Part shown: piece by piece, positions 9,930 to 20,019 of the stretch
How positions within the stretch are numbered: the first letter of the stretch is position 1
Layout of the letters: each line of letters opens with the position of its first letter
Assembly: GCA_051251915.1 (NCBI GenBank)
Contig: JBPOGF010000013.1
Span: 64,001-128,000 of the forward strand
DNA from: Akkermansiaceae bacterium
GTDB taxonomy: Bacteria > Verrucomicrobiota > Verrucomicrobiia > Verrucomicrobiales > Akkermansiaceae
DNA length: 64,000 bases
Direction of reading: 5' to 3'
The notes under the pieces: generated by a model
Database searches by the model: none
Seen by the model: the letters and a program-made list of their open reading frames with translations, nothing else
What the model was told of the DNA's origin: nothing
Position numbers and translations under genes: made by a program

Positions 9930-10961
9930 TTATTTGGAAATGTTAAATTTAATTCTTTTCACCCAATCTGAGATCCAGGTTCTAGCTACTTCAGAGTCTA
10001 AACTTAGCAAAGGGTGTAACTGCATGGTTAAACTAAGCTTATTTTGAAACGTAATACAGCCAACTGCGATGCGCTGGCATTCAATAACAGGCGGCGTAAA
10101 ATACCAAGTATCCAACGAATCCAACTTTTTACCACTATCCCAAACACCCAAATTCGAAAAACATCCCATATTCCACTGAGACATAGCTTTGTCTTCTATC
10201 AGCAGTTTTCTTTTCACTTTTTCGCTCATCCATTTACCAGCCACATATCCCTTCCAGTTTTGCCAATGTTGTTTTTTCTTAATCGCTGAATATATTGTCT
10301 TATGAGTATCATCAAAAGAATTCACAGAATTAAGCTTAATATTGATACACGATGAATGATTCATCGTTTCTCTTTGCATCTCAACCGCCCCCCTCATGTT
10401 GATTGGCAACATCCAGGTAGTTACACTTTCTCTATCCTTCAACGACTCTCTCATCGTTTGGTCCAAAGTATGGATGAGCAATGTATTCACAGTGACTCCA
10501 AGTAACTTACTTTTTTTAATAATATCACTAGTCTCACTTTCAGTAAATGCATGCCATGCCACAGCTTCCGGCGCGCTATCTATAGCTAATGACTTCCCAG
10601 GGATTGGCCTGCTATTCTGTAAAGGTGGAAGGAAATCTAATCTTTTGCGCTTGGCAAAAATCAATTCAGGAATCCCTCTAAGAAAAGGCCACCAAGAGTC
10701 CTTGTTACTGTGACCAGTGGTAGGAATATCAGAAGAATCATAGTTAATACCCATCTCTCTGAGTACATCAATCAACCCCCCAATGCCGTCAAAACATTGA
10801 TGATCACGATAGATCCACTTAGGTTCTTGTTGATGACCTGAGTGACCCGTGTTAGCGCTCCCAAAACGGATCTTCGTAAACTCCCCCATACCCTCTAGAA
10901 CCTCAAACCAAGGCCGTATGGGATCTTCTGCATAAACTATATTTCTACCTCGTTTTGACAT
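9930..10961 (-). CDS. CoA/ACP-dependent acyltransferase (condensation-domain/CAT-like fold)
   Basis: HxxxDG motif (HQCFDG); GVTVNTLL, LPINMR and FSNLG motifs typical of PapA5/alcohol-acyltransferase-like proteins. Confidence 0.7.
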   Translation of the reverse strand: MSKRGRNIVYAEDPIRPWFEVLEGMGEFTKIRFGSANTGHSGHQQEPKWIYRDHQCFDGIGGLIDVLREMGINYDSSDIPTTGHSNKDSWWPFLRGIPELIFAKRKRLDFLPPLQNSRPIPGKSLAIDSAPEAVAWHAFTESETSDIIKKSKLLGVTVNTLLIHTLDQTMRESLKDRESVTTWMLPINMRGAVEMQRETMNHSSCINIKLNSVNSFDDTHKTIYSAIKKKQHWQNWKGYVAGKWMSEKVKRKLLIEDKAMSQWNMGCFSNLGVWDSGKKLDSLDTWYFTPPVIECQRIAVGCITFQNKLSLTMQLHPLLSLDSEVARTWISDWVKRIKFNISK

Positions 10962-11132
10962 TGATTAGAGTCGTTGATTTTCAGAAACCAAACTGGTTCT
11001 AACGGTTAATGATTTACCTACAAGAATATTCTCTCAGAACTTCGACCTATCACCATCTGTGAGTGAGAATCTAATATCCAAGTAATCAATTAACTCCATC
11101 TAAGGCAAATTCATGATTCTACATGATTTCAT

Positions 11133-11426
11133 TTAAAACCTCCCCACCATCGCAAGCACAAAAAACACCACAGCATAAACCATAGCAGGCACCCCAAAAC
11201 ACTCTTCGCCAAAATCCCTCCACTTCCCCCACATAAAAACTTGCGGCAACACCACAAGAATAGCCAAAACAATAGCCCCTATCATGCAACAAAGCCGATA
11301 ATCTCGATTCGAACCGACCACCCCACCCAACAAATCCCCAATCAACCACCCAATAGCCACCACCAAAACAACACAAACAATGTTCCACAGTAGCTTCATA
11401 AATAATCCATCATCAATCAGCCTCAC
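11133..11426 (-). CDS. Small hypothetical membrane protein
   Basis: Three hydrophobic stretches; abuts the upstream IMPase gene; probable start MKLLWN at 11399. Confidence 0.45.
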   Translation of the reverse strand: MRLIDDGLFMKLLWNIVCVVLVVAIGWLIGDLLGGVVGSNRDYRLCCMIGAIVLAILVVLPQVFMWGKWRDFGEECFGVPAMVYAVVFFVLAMVGRF

Positions 11427-11428
11427 TA

Positions 11429-12220
11429 CTACAAATACCCTTCTCTAACCCTCTCCAACAACGCCCCATGCACTACCGGTTGCCCCGCTACCATCAACGT
11501 ATCAGTAAACATATTAAAATCCTCCCCATTCTCATTACTCACAATTATCCCATTCTCCCTCAACATCACCAAGCCCGCAGCCACATCATAAGGCTGCAAA
11601 TCCGTCTCCCAGAAGCCCTGCACCCATCCCAAACTCAACTGAGCTACATCCAACGCAGCACTCCCAGACCTTCTAATACCACGCCCAAGCGTCAGTATCT
11701 TCGCCGCCGCCTTAAAGAATCCCTCAGCCCGCTCCGGTGACCGATACGGAAACCCAGTCATAAAAATAGCCTCACCCGGCTCACTAATCATCCTAGGCTT
11801 CATCAACTCCCCATTATATCTCACGCCTTCACCCTGCTCCCCCTCATACAGCTCCTTACTAAACGGCTTATAAACCACCCCAAAAACCGGCACACCGTTC
11901 TCCACCAAAGCCACCGAAACAGAAAACTGATCCAATCCGCTCAAAAAATTCGTCGTCCCATCCAGCGGATCCACAATCCACACCAAATCCTGCGCCCCAG
12001 ACCTCCCGCTCTCCTCCCCATAGAACCCCGCACCCTCAACCAAAGGCATCAACCCCTCCTGCAACATCTTCTCAGACTCCACATCCACAAAAGAAACCGT
12101 CTCCCTAAGTGACTTCACCTCCGTAGCCCCACTATCCATCCTCCTAAAATACCCCATCTGAAACTCCCCAACTTTCCTCACCAAGTCTCTAACAACGTCC
12201 CTATCAATATCAAATTCCAT
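11429..12220 (-). CDS. suhB: Inositol monophosphatase family protein
   Basis: WIVDPLDGTTNF, RRSGSAALD, PYDVAAG. Confidence 0.85.
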   Translation of the reverse strand: MEFDIDRDVVRDLVRKVGEFQMGYFRRMDSGATEVKSLRETVSFVDVESEKMLQEGLMPLVEGAGFYGEESGRSGAQDLVWIVDPLDGTTNFLSGLDQFSVSVALVENGVPVFGVVYKPFSKELYEGEQGEGVRYNGELMKPRMISEPGEAIFMTGFPYRSPERAEGFFKAAAKILTLGRGIRRSGSAALDVAQLSLGWVQGFWETDLQPYDVAAGLVMLRENGIIVSNENGEDFNMFTDTLMVAGQPVVHGALLERVREGYL

Positions 12221-12420
12221 ACCTCAAACACTACCAAAAAACTTACCCCTAGCAAGCCCAACAACTCCCCCCAAAACAATCACGCACAAAAGACAATCAA
12301 GTTCAGAGAAATTCAGCGTTCTTTCTGGTTCAAAAAGCACACTCCACCAAAGCTTCATCATACACAAATTCGTGGTTAGCGCCGCTGGCAAATGTCCACC
12401 ACCAATAACCTACCAAGACT

Positions 12421-13953
12421 CTACAGCTTCCTCAACTCATAAACATCCTTCCGCCTATCCTTCAAATTCCGCACACTCCCAAACTGATTCAACTCCCTCA
12501 GCAGATCAATATCCACATCCGCAATCAAAATCATCTCCGTATTAGGTGTAGCCTCCGCCTTAATCCCAGTTGCAGGAAATGCAAAATCACAAGGCGTAAA
12601 CACCATCGACTGCGCATATTGAATATCCATATTATGCACCTTCGGTAAATTCCCCACACTCCCAGCAATCGCCACATAGCACTCATTCTCAATCGCCCTA
12701 GCCTGCGCACAAAGTCTCACCCTAGAATAACCATTCTGAGTATCTGTTAGAAACGGAACAAACAAAATATCCATCCCATCATCAGCCAGCAATCGGCTCA
12801 ACTCCGGAAACTCCACATCATAACAAACCAAAATCCCAATCTTCCCACAATCAGTATCAAACGCCTTAACCTGTGTTCCTCCCCCCATCCCCCACACCTT
12901 CGCTTCATCAGGCGTCACATGTATCTTCTCAAACCTCTCCTTCGTTCCATCCCGCTTACAAAGATACCCCACATTATACAATCTATCGCCCACCATCTCT
13001 GGCATAGAACCAGAAATAATATTGATGTTATAGCTAATCGCCAACTCAGAAAACTTCGCCACAATATCCTCCGTATGCTTCGCCAACTCACGTATAGCAT
13101 CCGGCTCAGACAAATGGTTATTCTGCGCCATCAACGGAGCATTAAAGAACTCCGGAAACAAAGCAAAATCTGACCGATATCCAGACACCGCATCCACAAA
13201 ATACTCCACCTGCTCTAACAACTCATCCAAATTATTATAAGGTCGCATCTGCCACTGAATCAACCCCAGTCGCACCACCTTCTTCACACTCTCCGCCTTC
13301 TTACTCTTCTTCTCATAGTAAATATTATCCCACTCTAACAGAACCGCATAATCTTCAGACTCCTCATCCCCATCCAAGTAATTCTTCAAAATCTTAGACG
13401 GATGAAAATCATTTGAGATCTGGAAATTCAACACCGGATCATGGATCTCCTTCCGCCTCACCTTTGCAATATAATCCTTAGGTGAAAGCTCATCAGAATA
13501 CTTATGATAATTCGGAATCCTCCCCCCAAACACCACCGCCTTCAGATTCAACTCCTCACACAGCTCCTTCCTATAATCATACAACCTCCGCCCCAGCCGC
13601 AACCCCCTAAACTCCTTCTTAATAAACACATCTATCCCATACAGTACATCCCCATCCCCACTATGCGTATCAAACGTATAATTCCCAGTCACCTCCTTAT
13701 AAGTATGCCTATCGTCAAATGAATCATAATCCACAATGATCGACAGCGCACACCCAGCAATCTGCTCATTCACCTTGATCACCACCTGCCCCTCAGAAAA
13801 CCTAGTGATCAACGCCTCTATCTGCTCCTCCTCCCAATAAGGATCTTCCACATTAGAATATGCCTCTATCATCGCAGCTTTCAGCTCCTGATAATCATCC
13901 ATCGAAAGATAGCTCAGCTCCACATTCTCAATATTTTCCTTTTCCTTCATCAT
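12421..13953 (-). CDS. GNAT N-acetyltransferase / carbon-nitrogen hydrolase fusion
   Basis: GNAT motif FRGLRLGRRLY; nitrilase triad FPE, KIH, VCYDVEFPE. Confidence 0.9.
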   Translation of the reverse strand: MMKEKENIENVELSYLSMDDYQELKAAMIEAYSNVEDPYWEEEQIEALITRFSEGQVVIKVNEQIAGCALSIIVDYDSFDDRHTYKEVTGNYTFDTHSGDGDVLYGIDVFIKKEFRGLRLGRRLYDYRKELCEELNLKAVVFGGRIPNYHKYSDELSPKDYIAKVRRKEIHDPVLNFQISNDFHPSKILKNYLDGDEESEDYAVLLEWDNIYYEKKSKKAESVKKVVRLGLIQWQMRPYNNLDELLEQVEYFVDAVSGYRSDFALFPEFFNAPLMAQNNHLSEPDAIRELAKHTEDIVAKFSELAISYNINIISGSMPEMVGDRLYNVGYLCKRDGTKERFEKIHVTPDEAKVWGMGGGTQVKAFDTDCGKIGILVCYDVEFPELSRLLADDGMDILFVPFLTDTQNGYSRVRLCAQARAIENECYVAIAGSVGNLPKVHNMDIQYAQSMVFTPCDFAFPATGIKAEATPNTEMILIADVDIDLLRELNQFGSVRNLKDRRKDVYELRKL

Positions 13954-14297
13954 CGTTTATAAATTGCGTTGTTCATCGGAGCTACCTCCTGCCCGAAATC
14001 CCTTCTTCCAGAGAGGCCTACGGTCACATCAATAATCGCAGAAATCCAAATACACAAGCCCTCGATTCAACCAACCCAAACTTTTCTCTCCTCACCATAA
14101 AAATTCACCTACACCACCACTCCTCTAGGCCCTACAACCATCTCCCCGACCGTCATCTCAAACCACCAAAAACATAAAACCTACACAATTAAAACCTCCT
14201 CCCCATTACAGCAAACTTCATCGCTAACTTAATCACTCTAATTAGCAATCCACATCTTTCCAATTGACCCAAAATTCAGCAACTGTAAGCTATTTTC

Positions 14298-15293
14298 ATG
14301 AACACATCCAAAGGAATATTAGTAACAGTCATCTATCTCATGACGTTTTGCATACTATCTCCATCCTTACTTGCCGAATATAGAATATGGACCAATAAAG
14401 AAGGCAAAACTCTCAGCGCCGAATTAGTCACACTCTCTGATACAGAAGTCACACTCAAACTCAAAAAGAACAGAAAGCAAACGACCATCGCTATTGATAC
14501 ACTCAGTGCCGCAGATCAAGACTTTCTAATCGCCTTGAAGCTAGAAAACAAAACGAAAGCCCAAAATCTAAAAGATCAAGCATTCATCATCGCAGGAAAT
14601 AAGATTAAACCTGGACAGGTAACCAATTTCAAAATCCCAGTAGTAACTAGTAAGGGAAAAAATACATCTTATCCTGCTGGTTTGTTAGTCCCAAAAGACT
14701 TTGATCCCATCAACAAAGACTACAACCTTGTGTTCGTCTTTGTTGCTGGTGAAGGTAACCCAATCGCAGCAATCAAAGGGAATTCTAGTTTACTCCAAGT
14801 AGAAAATACCATCATTGCTGCAGTCCACCACATGAGCTTACAAACCACCTTACCATTCATAGACTTCTACAGAATCCTTACTGAGAAATGGCCCCGTATG
14901 ACCGAAAACAAATGGAGACAAATGCACTTCGGTTTCTCCGGTGGAGCTAAAAACGGCTGCTGGGCAACTGGCGTTTTTATTAACGAAGGCGCCAATGTAG
15001 TAGGCTCATTCATGGGTGGTTGCAACGAAGACCTATCAGAAAGAGCCAGAGGATTTATCAAGAAAAGCTCTGACAGAAAAAAAGTCGACAAAATCGCTTT
15101 TTTCCTCAGCTCCGGCGCCAAAGATAAAATCGCCAATCCACAACAACACCAAAAAGTAATGGATTCCCTCAAAAATAATGGTGCCAAGAACGTCAAACTA
15201 GAATCCCACCCAGGAGCCCACTTCAACTGCAAACCCCACCAAGTCCCCGCACTAAAATGGATGATCGAAATTGCAGATGCACAAGAAAAATAA
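14298..15293 (+). CDS. Secreted SHD1-domain alpha/beta hydrolase
   Basis: Signal peptide; SHD1-like RIWTNKEGK...LSAADQDFL; nucleophile elbow GFSGG; GAKD and HPGAH triad candidates. Confidence 0.7.
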   Translation: MNTSKGILVTVIYLMTFCILSPSLLAEYRIWTNKEGKTLSAELVTLSDTEVTLKLKKNRKQTTIAIDTLSAADQDFLIALKLENKTKAQNLKDQAFIIAGNKIKPGQVTNFKIPVVTSKGKNTSYPAGLLVPKDFDPINKDYNLVFVFVAGEGNPIAAIKGNSSLLQVENTIIAAVHHMSLQTTLPFIDFYRILTEKWPRMTENKWRQMHFGFSGGAKNGCWATGVFINEGANVVGSFMGGCNEDLSERARGFIKKSSDRKKVDKIAFFLSSGAKDKIANPQQHQKVMDSLKNNGAKNVKLESHPGAHFNCKPHQVPALKWMIEIADAQEK

Positions 15294-15412
15294 CCCCCTA
15301 AAACCTCCCCCACACAGCACCCTGCCTTTCCCCTTTTTCCTTTCCTTTTTTTCCTTAAGCAAAGCTCCATTAAATACTTGCATCTCCACATTTCCCTACT
15401 AGCCTCTCGCCC

Positions 15413-16528
15413 ATGCTCCAGGCAGGAATAGTAGGATTACCAAACGTAGGGAAATCAACCCTTTTTAACGCAGTCACTCGCACCCGTAAAGCGGAGGCGG
15501 CTAACTACCCATTTTGCACCATCGACCCGAACATTGGCGTAGTCAGTGTCCCAGACGAACGACTCGCCGTGCTCAGCGAACTCTCAGGTTCTAAAAAGCT
15601 GATCCCCACAGCCATCGAATTCGTAGACATCGCAGGACTCGTAGAAGGTGCCTCTGAAGGCGCAGGTCTAGGAAATAAATTCCTCGCCACCATCCGCGAA
15701 GTAGATGCCATCGTCCAAGTCATTCGTTGTTTCGAAAATGACGACATCATCCACGAACTCGGCAGCGTAGACCCACTCCGCGACATCGAGATCATCAACG
15801 CCGAGCTCATCCTCGCAGACATCTCAGCCATGGACAAACGTCTCCAGTCTCGCTCAAAAAAAGCAAAAAGTGGAGACAAAGAATCTAAAGCTGAAGTAGC
15901 CCTCATCGAGAGACTCCTACCGCACCTAAACGAAGGAAACCCAGCCCTCACCCTAGAAATGTCTGACGAAGAGCGCATTCTCCTCAAAGACTTCTTCCTC
16001 CTCTCATCAAAAAAATCTATCTTCGCCTGCAACGTCTCAGAAGACGAACTCGCTGACGCACTCACAGACCCAGACAGCCATAACATGGTCGCTAAGGTCC
16101 GTAAATACGCATCAGAAACTCAAGGCGCAGAAGCCGTCGTCCTCTCAGCCCAGATCGAAGAAGAACTCTCAGAGCTATCCCAAGAAGAAGCCAAAGAATT
16201 CCTCACAGACATGGGAATCGCAGACTCCGGCGCATCAGAACTCATCAAAGGCGTCTACCACCTACTCGGCCTCCGCACCTACCTCACCACAGGCGTGCAG
16301 GAAACCCGCGCTTGGACCATCGTAGCTGGAGATAAAGCACCAGCAGCAGCCGGCGTCATCCACACAGATTTTGAGAAACAATTCATCCGCGCAGAAGTCA
16401 TCCACTACGATGACTACGTCAAACACAAAACAGTAGGAGCCGCACGTGAAGCCGGAGTCCTCCGCGCAGAAGGAAAAGAATACGTCGTCAAAGACGGCGA
16501 CGTTATCAACTTCCTCACTGGCGCATAA
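15413..16528 (+). CDS. ychF: Redox-regulated ribosome-binding ATPase YchF
   Basis: GLPNVGKSTLFN, ANYPFCTIDPN, DIAGLV, TGS-domain EGKEYVVKDGD. Confidence 0.97.
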   Translation: MLQAGIVGLPNVGKSTLFNAVTRTRKAEAANYPFCTIDPNIGVVSVPDERLAVLSELSGSKKLIPTAIEFVDIAGLVEGASEGAGLGNKFLATIREVDAIVQVIRCFENDDIIHELGSVDPLRDIEIINAELILADISAMDKRLQSRSKKAKSGDKESKAEVALIERLLPHLNEGNPALTLEMSDEERILLKDFFLLSSKKSIFACNVSEDELADALTDPDSHNMVAKVRKYASETQGAEAVVLSAQIEEELSELSQEEAKEFLTDMGIADSGASELIKGVYHLLGLRTYLTTGVQETRAWTIVAGDKAPAAAGVIHTDFEKQFIRAEVIHYDDYVKHKTVGAAREAGVLRAEGKEYVVKDGDVINFLTGA

Positions 16529-16546
16529 ACCATACCACACAAACCC

Positions 16547-17398
16547 ATGGCAGGATTCTTCAAAAAGTTAATCAACAAGATCACCAACAAAGCGGAGATC
16601 GACTGGGACGAACTAGAAGCAGATCTCATCTCCGCAGACCTCGGAGCCAGACTCTCGATGACCATCATCGATGAACTCCAAGCCATGGGTCGTAAAATCA
16701 GCGCAGAAGATGTTGTAAACACCACTAAAAAACACATCGCCAGCATCCTCCCAGAAGACACCGCCCCCATCAAACCACGCACCGATGGCCTCCCACACGT
16801 CATCGTCATGGTAGGCGTAAATGGCACCGGAAAAACAACTTCCACCGCCAAGCTCGCACATCACCTAAAATCTCAAGGCTACAGCGTCATGGTCGCCGCC
16901 GCAGACACCTTCCGTGCAGCCGCCGTAGAACAGCTCGAAGTCTGGGCCCAGCGTATCGACATTCCAATCATGACTGGAGCTCCAAATGCCGACCCATCAT
17001 CCGTCTGCTACACAGCCCATCAAAAGTGTATTTCTTTAGGTATAGACTTCCTCATTTGTGACACAGCCGGAAGACTCCACACCCGTCACAACCTCATGGA
17101 AGAACTCGCTAAAATAGAGCGCACCATCGGCAAACAAGACGAAACAGCCCCACACACCAAGCTCATCGTCGTAGACGCCACCACCGGCTCAAACGCCCTC
17201 CAACAAGCCAAAGAATTTAACAAAGCCATCGAACTAGATGGCCTAGTCGTCACCAAACTAGACGGTTCAGGAAAAGGCGGCATCATCGTCTCCATCTATC
17301 AAGAGCTAAACATCCCCGCCCGTTTCATCGGCCTTGGAGAAGAACCAGAACAGTTCAACATCTTCAACAAAGAACAGTTCACCCAGGAAATCATGTAA
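16547..17398 (+). CDS. ftsY: SRP receptor FtsY (NG domain only)
   Basis: GVNGTGKTT, DTFRAAA, DTAGR, TKLDGSGKGG. Confidence 0.96.
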   Translation: MAGFFKKLINKITNKAEIDWDELEADLISADLGARLSMTIIDELQAMGRKISAEDVVNTTKKHIASILPEDTAPIKPRTDGLPHVIVMVGVNGTGKTTSTAKLAHHLKSQGYSVMVAAADTFRAAAVEQLEVWAQRIDIPIMTGAPNADPSSVCYTAHQKCISLGIDFLICDTAGRLHTRHNLMEELAKIERTIGKQDETAPHTKLIVVDATTGSNALQQAKEFNKAIELDGLVVTKLDGSGKGGIIVSIYQELNIPARFIGLGEEPEQFNIFNKEQFTQEIM

Positions 17399-17589
17399 GG
17401 AATACCAGCCTAGTCCAAGCCACTCCTAGCAATTCCATTTGACTGACCCCAGCTCAAGAGAAATATGTTTCGGTATATAACCGTCATAGTTCTAATAGTT
17501 CAAACGCTATACAGCAACTCCCTCATCTCCCCTCCACCTAACACGGCACAGCATTATTCATAATGGCTATTCAACCCGTGCTACCCTGC

Positions 17590-17631
17590 AAAAAAATAAC
17601 CTAAGATCAGCAGAAGCCAATCTTAGGTTAT
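17590..17631 (-). terminator. Rho-independent terminator of the porin gene
   Basis: ATAACCTAAGAT/ATCTTAGGTTAT perfect 12-bp stem, preceded by an A-run (U-tract on the minus strand). Confidence 0.75.
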
Positions 17632-17660
17632 CAATTAATAAGTAGTTAAACTCAGAAATA

Positions 17661-18401
17661 TTAGAAGCTGAAGCCAATAGAAGCACCCGCTACGAACTCG
17701 TCGTCACGTACTGTTCCATTTGAATCAACGTCTTCGATAGCGTATGAGTATGACACGTATGGTGTAAGAGAAACTGCACTATTAAGTTCGATTGACTTAG
17801 AAATAGTAGCTTGTGCGTGTGTGAACTCGCTGTCCTCTGGGTTGATGCCGATAGCTAGAGCTGCGTCTAGTTCACCAAGTGCTCCAATAGCAAATGATCT
17901 TTCAACACCAAGCTCAAGGTAGCTCACGTCAAACTGATCAAAGTCATAGTAGTAAGTAGCGCTAAGTCCGAAACCTGCAACTTCTTTGCTAAGACCAAGG
18001 TACACTTCCTGTGTGTTTGTTGATGTAGCTCTGTCGAAGTAGTAGAGGATATAACCAACATCAAGAGTAGCAAAACCTAGGTCTTTGCTAGCGTTGAGGT
18101 ATACATCTGTCTCAAGATCTGTATTCTGTCCTGGGTTAATAACATTAGCTGTCCAGATTCCCGCTGTTAGATCAAAGCAACCTAATGTAGTAGTAGCTTC
18201 AAGGCTAGCATCTACCATGTCGTCTCCGAAGTTGATACCACGGAACAAATATGTGCTGTGATAACCAGCACCAAAGCTGAACATTTCGTTAGCTGGTGCT
18301 ACTGTTTCGATAGGTGCTGAGAAATCACCTGCAAGTGCTGGTGATGCGATCGAGGCTGATAAAAGGCCTCCGAGTATTGTTGTACGTATTTTGTTGTTCA
18401 T
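17661..18401 (-). CDS. Outer-membrane beta-barrel, TIGR02001/TorF-like putative porin
   Basis: Signal peptide MNNKIRT...ALA; STYLFRG and ETDVY motifs; alternating strands; C-terminal FSF. Start placed at 18401 because the promoter overlaps the longer ORF start. Confidence 0.75.
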   Translation of the reverse strand: MNNKIRTTILGGLLSASIASPALAGDFSAPIETVAPANEMFSFGAGYHSTYLFRGINFGDDMVDASLEATTTLGCFDLTAGIWTANVINPGQNTDLETDVYLNASKDLGFATLDVGYILYYFDRATSTNTQEVYLGLSKEVAGFGLSATYYYDFDQFDVSYLELGVERSFAIGALGELDAALAIGINPEDSEFTHAQATISKSIELNSAVSLTPYVSYSYAIEDVDSNGTVRDDEFVAGASIGFSF

Positions 18402-18414
18402 CGAGAGCAAAAAC

Positions 18415-18430
18415 AGCATATTTCATGCCA
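18415..18430 (-). promoter_or_regulatory. sigma54 (-24/-12) promoter for the porin
   Basis: Minus strand TGGCATGAAATATGCT = GG-N10-GC. Confidence 0.7.
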
Positions 18431-18567
18431 ACTGTCAACATTTAACTTCCCGTGATCTCCACCTATCTAAAGTGTTCCACCACGCTTTTGCCTGTATATT
18501 AGTACACAGCTTGAGAAATAATCTATTTCATCTGAATTATTCATTATTTCACCACGTTTTGAAAACT

Positions 18568-18583
18568 TGGCACACCAATTGCT
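18568..18583 (+). promoter_or_regulatory. sigma54 (-24/-12) promoter for amtB
   Basis: TGGCACACCAATTGCT matches the TGGCAC-N5-TTGC consensus. Confidence 0.85.
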
Positions 18584-18609
18584 GAAGAGGTAATGAATTA
18601 TCAAACTAC

Positions 18610-19944
18610 ATGAAAACTAAATTATTAATTACAAGTATTGGTTCACTTCTCCTCATGGGGATAGCAAACGCTCAAGAAGCGGCAGTTACTGTAACGGAAG
18701 TTGCAGAACAAACAGCTAATGTGAAATTTATGATCGATAACCTCTGGATTCTAATCTCAGCGGCACTCGTCTTTATTATGCACCTTGGATTCTCCGCACT
18801 CGAATCTGGCCTCTGCCAGCAAAAGAATGTGGTCAACGTCCTCTTCAAAAACGTATTCATCATTTGTATGGGTCTCCTCACATACTACTTCATCGGATTC
18901 AACACTCACTACCCTGGTGAATTTAACGGATTCTTGAAAATAGGTGGAATGGCTGGCTATGACGCAGCTGACGCAGCCATCGCCGTTGCTAATGAAACCA
19001 AGGACTATGCTGACTACACATACTGGGCTGACTTCATCTTCCAGGCTATGTTCGCAGCTACAGCGGCTACCATCGTTTCAGGTGCAGTTGCTGAGCGTGT
19101 TAAGCTTGGTTCATTCATGATCTACGCTACCATCCTTGTAGCTATCGTTTACCCAATCGCCGGTTCATGGCACTGGGGTGGCGGATTCCTTAACCAATTG
19201 GAAATCCCTTTCTATGACTTCGCTGGTTCTACAGTAGTTCACATGTTCGGTGGATTCGCAGCACTCGCAGCTATCATCGTTCTCGGTGCTCGTAGAGGCA
19301 AATACACAGCAAATGGACTTAAGCCTATTCTTCCACACTCACTCCCACTAGCCGCTATCGGCGCATTCCTCCTCTTCTTCGGTTGGTTTGGATTCAACGG
19401 TGGTTCTGTTCTTTCTGCAGATCCAGCATCAGTATCACTAGTATTCACTACTACAGCTCTTGCTGCAGCAGGTGGTGGTCTCGGTTCCATCTTCATCTCA
19501 TGGGCAGTTCTTAAGAAGCCTGACCTTTCAATGGCTCTTAACGGCATCCTTGCAGGTCTAGTATCTATCACAGCAGGACCTGATGTAATCACAGTTCCAT
19601 GTTCTATCATCGTAGGATTCATCGGTGGTGCTCTCGTAGTATTCTCAGTGCTCTTCTTCGATAAAGTCAAAATCGACGATCCAGTAGGTGCTGTATCAGT
19701 TCACGGTATCGTAGGTATCTGGGGAACAGTTGCTCTCGCTCTTCCATTCTTCAATGGTGGTAACGACACCGTAAGCATGGGATCTCAGCTAACTGGCATC
19801 GCAGCTGTAGGTGCATTCGCATTTGTAATCTCATTCGTTCTCTGCCTTGCTCTTAAGTTCACACTCGGTATCAGAGTTGACGCAGAGGAAGAAGAAGAAG
19901 GTCTCGATGTTGCTGAACACGGTGTAGCAGCATACAACGACTAA
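18610..19944 (+). CDS. amtB: Ammonium transporter
   Basis: FQAMFA, SGAVAER, DFAGSTVVH, GWFGFNGGS, DDPVGAVSVHG. Confidence 0.97.
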   Translation: MKTKLLITSIGSLLLMGIANAQEAAVTVTEVAEQTANVKFMIDNLWILISAALVFIMHLGFSALESGLCQQKNVVNVLFKNVFIICMGLLTYYFIGFNTHYPGEFNGFLKIGGMAGYDAADAAIAVANETKDYADYTYWADFIFQAMFAATAATIVSGAVAERVKLGSFMIYATILVAIVYPIAGSWHWGGGFLNQLEIPFYDFAGSTVVHMFGGFAALAAIIVLGARRGKYTANGLKPILPHSLPLAAIGAFLLFFGWFGFNGGSVLSADPASVSLVFTTTALAAAGGGLGSIFISWAVLKKPDLSMALNGILAGLVSITAGPDVITVPCSIIVGFIGGALVVFSVLFFDKVKIDDPVGAVSVHGIVGIWGTVALALPFFNGGNDTVSMGSQLTGIAAVGAFAFVISFVLCLALKFTLGIRVDAEEEEEGLDVAEHGVAAYND

Positions 19945-19967
19945 CATCTCATTTCCATGGTAGTATT

Positions 19968-19999
19968 AAAGGGGAAGCATCCGTGCTTCCCCTTTTTTT
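19968..19999 (+). terminator. Rho-independent terminator after amtB
   Basis: AAAGGGGAAGCA-TCCG-TGCTTCCCCTTTTTTT. Confidence 0.85.
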
Positions 20000-20019
20000 G
20001 TCTTAACCACCAATCCACC

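Noticed and set aside
13960..14040. Riboswitch upstream of the GNAT-nitrilase gene
   Set aside because: GC-richer patch, but no recognisable aptamer consensus or convincing stems.
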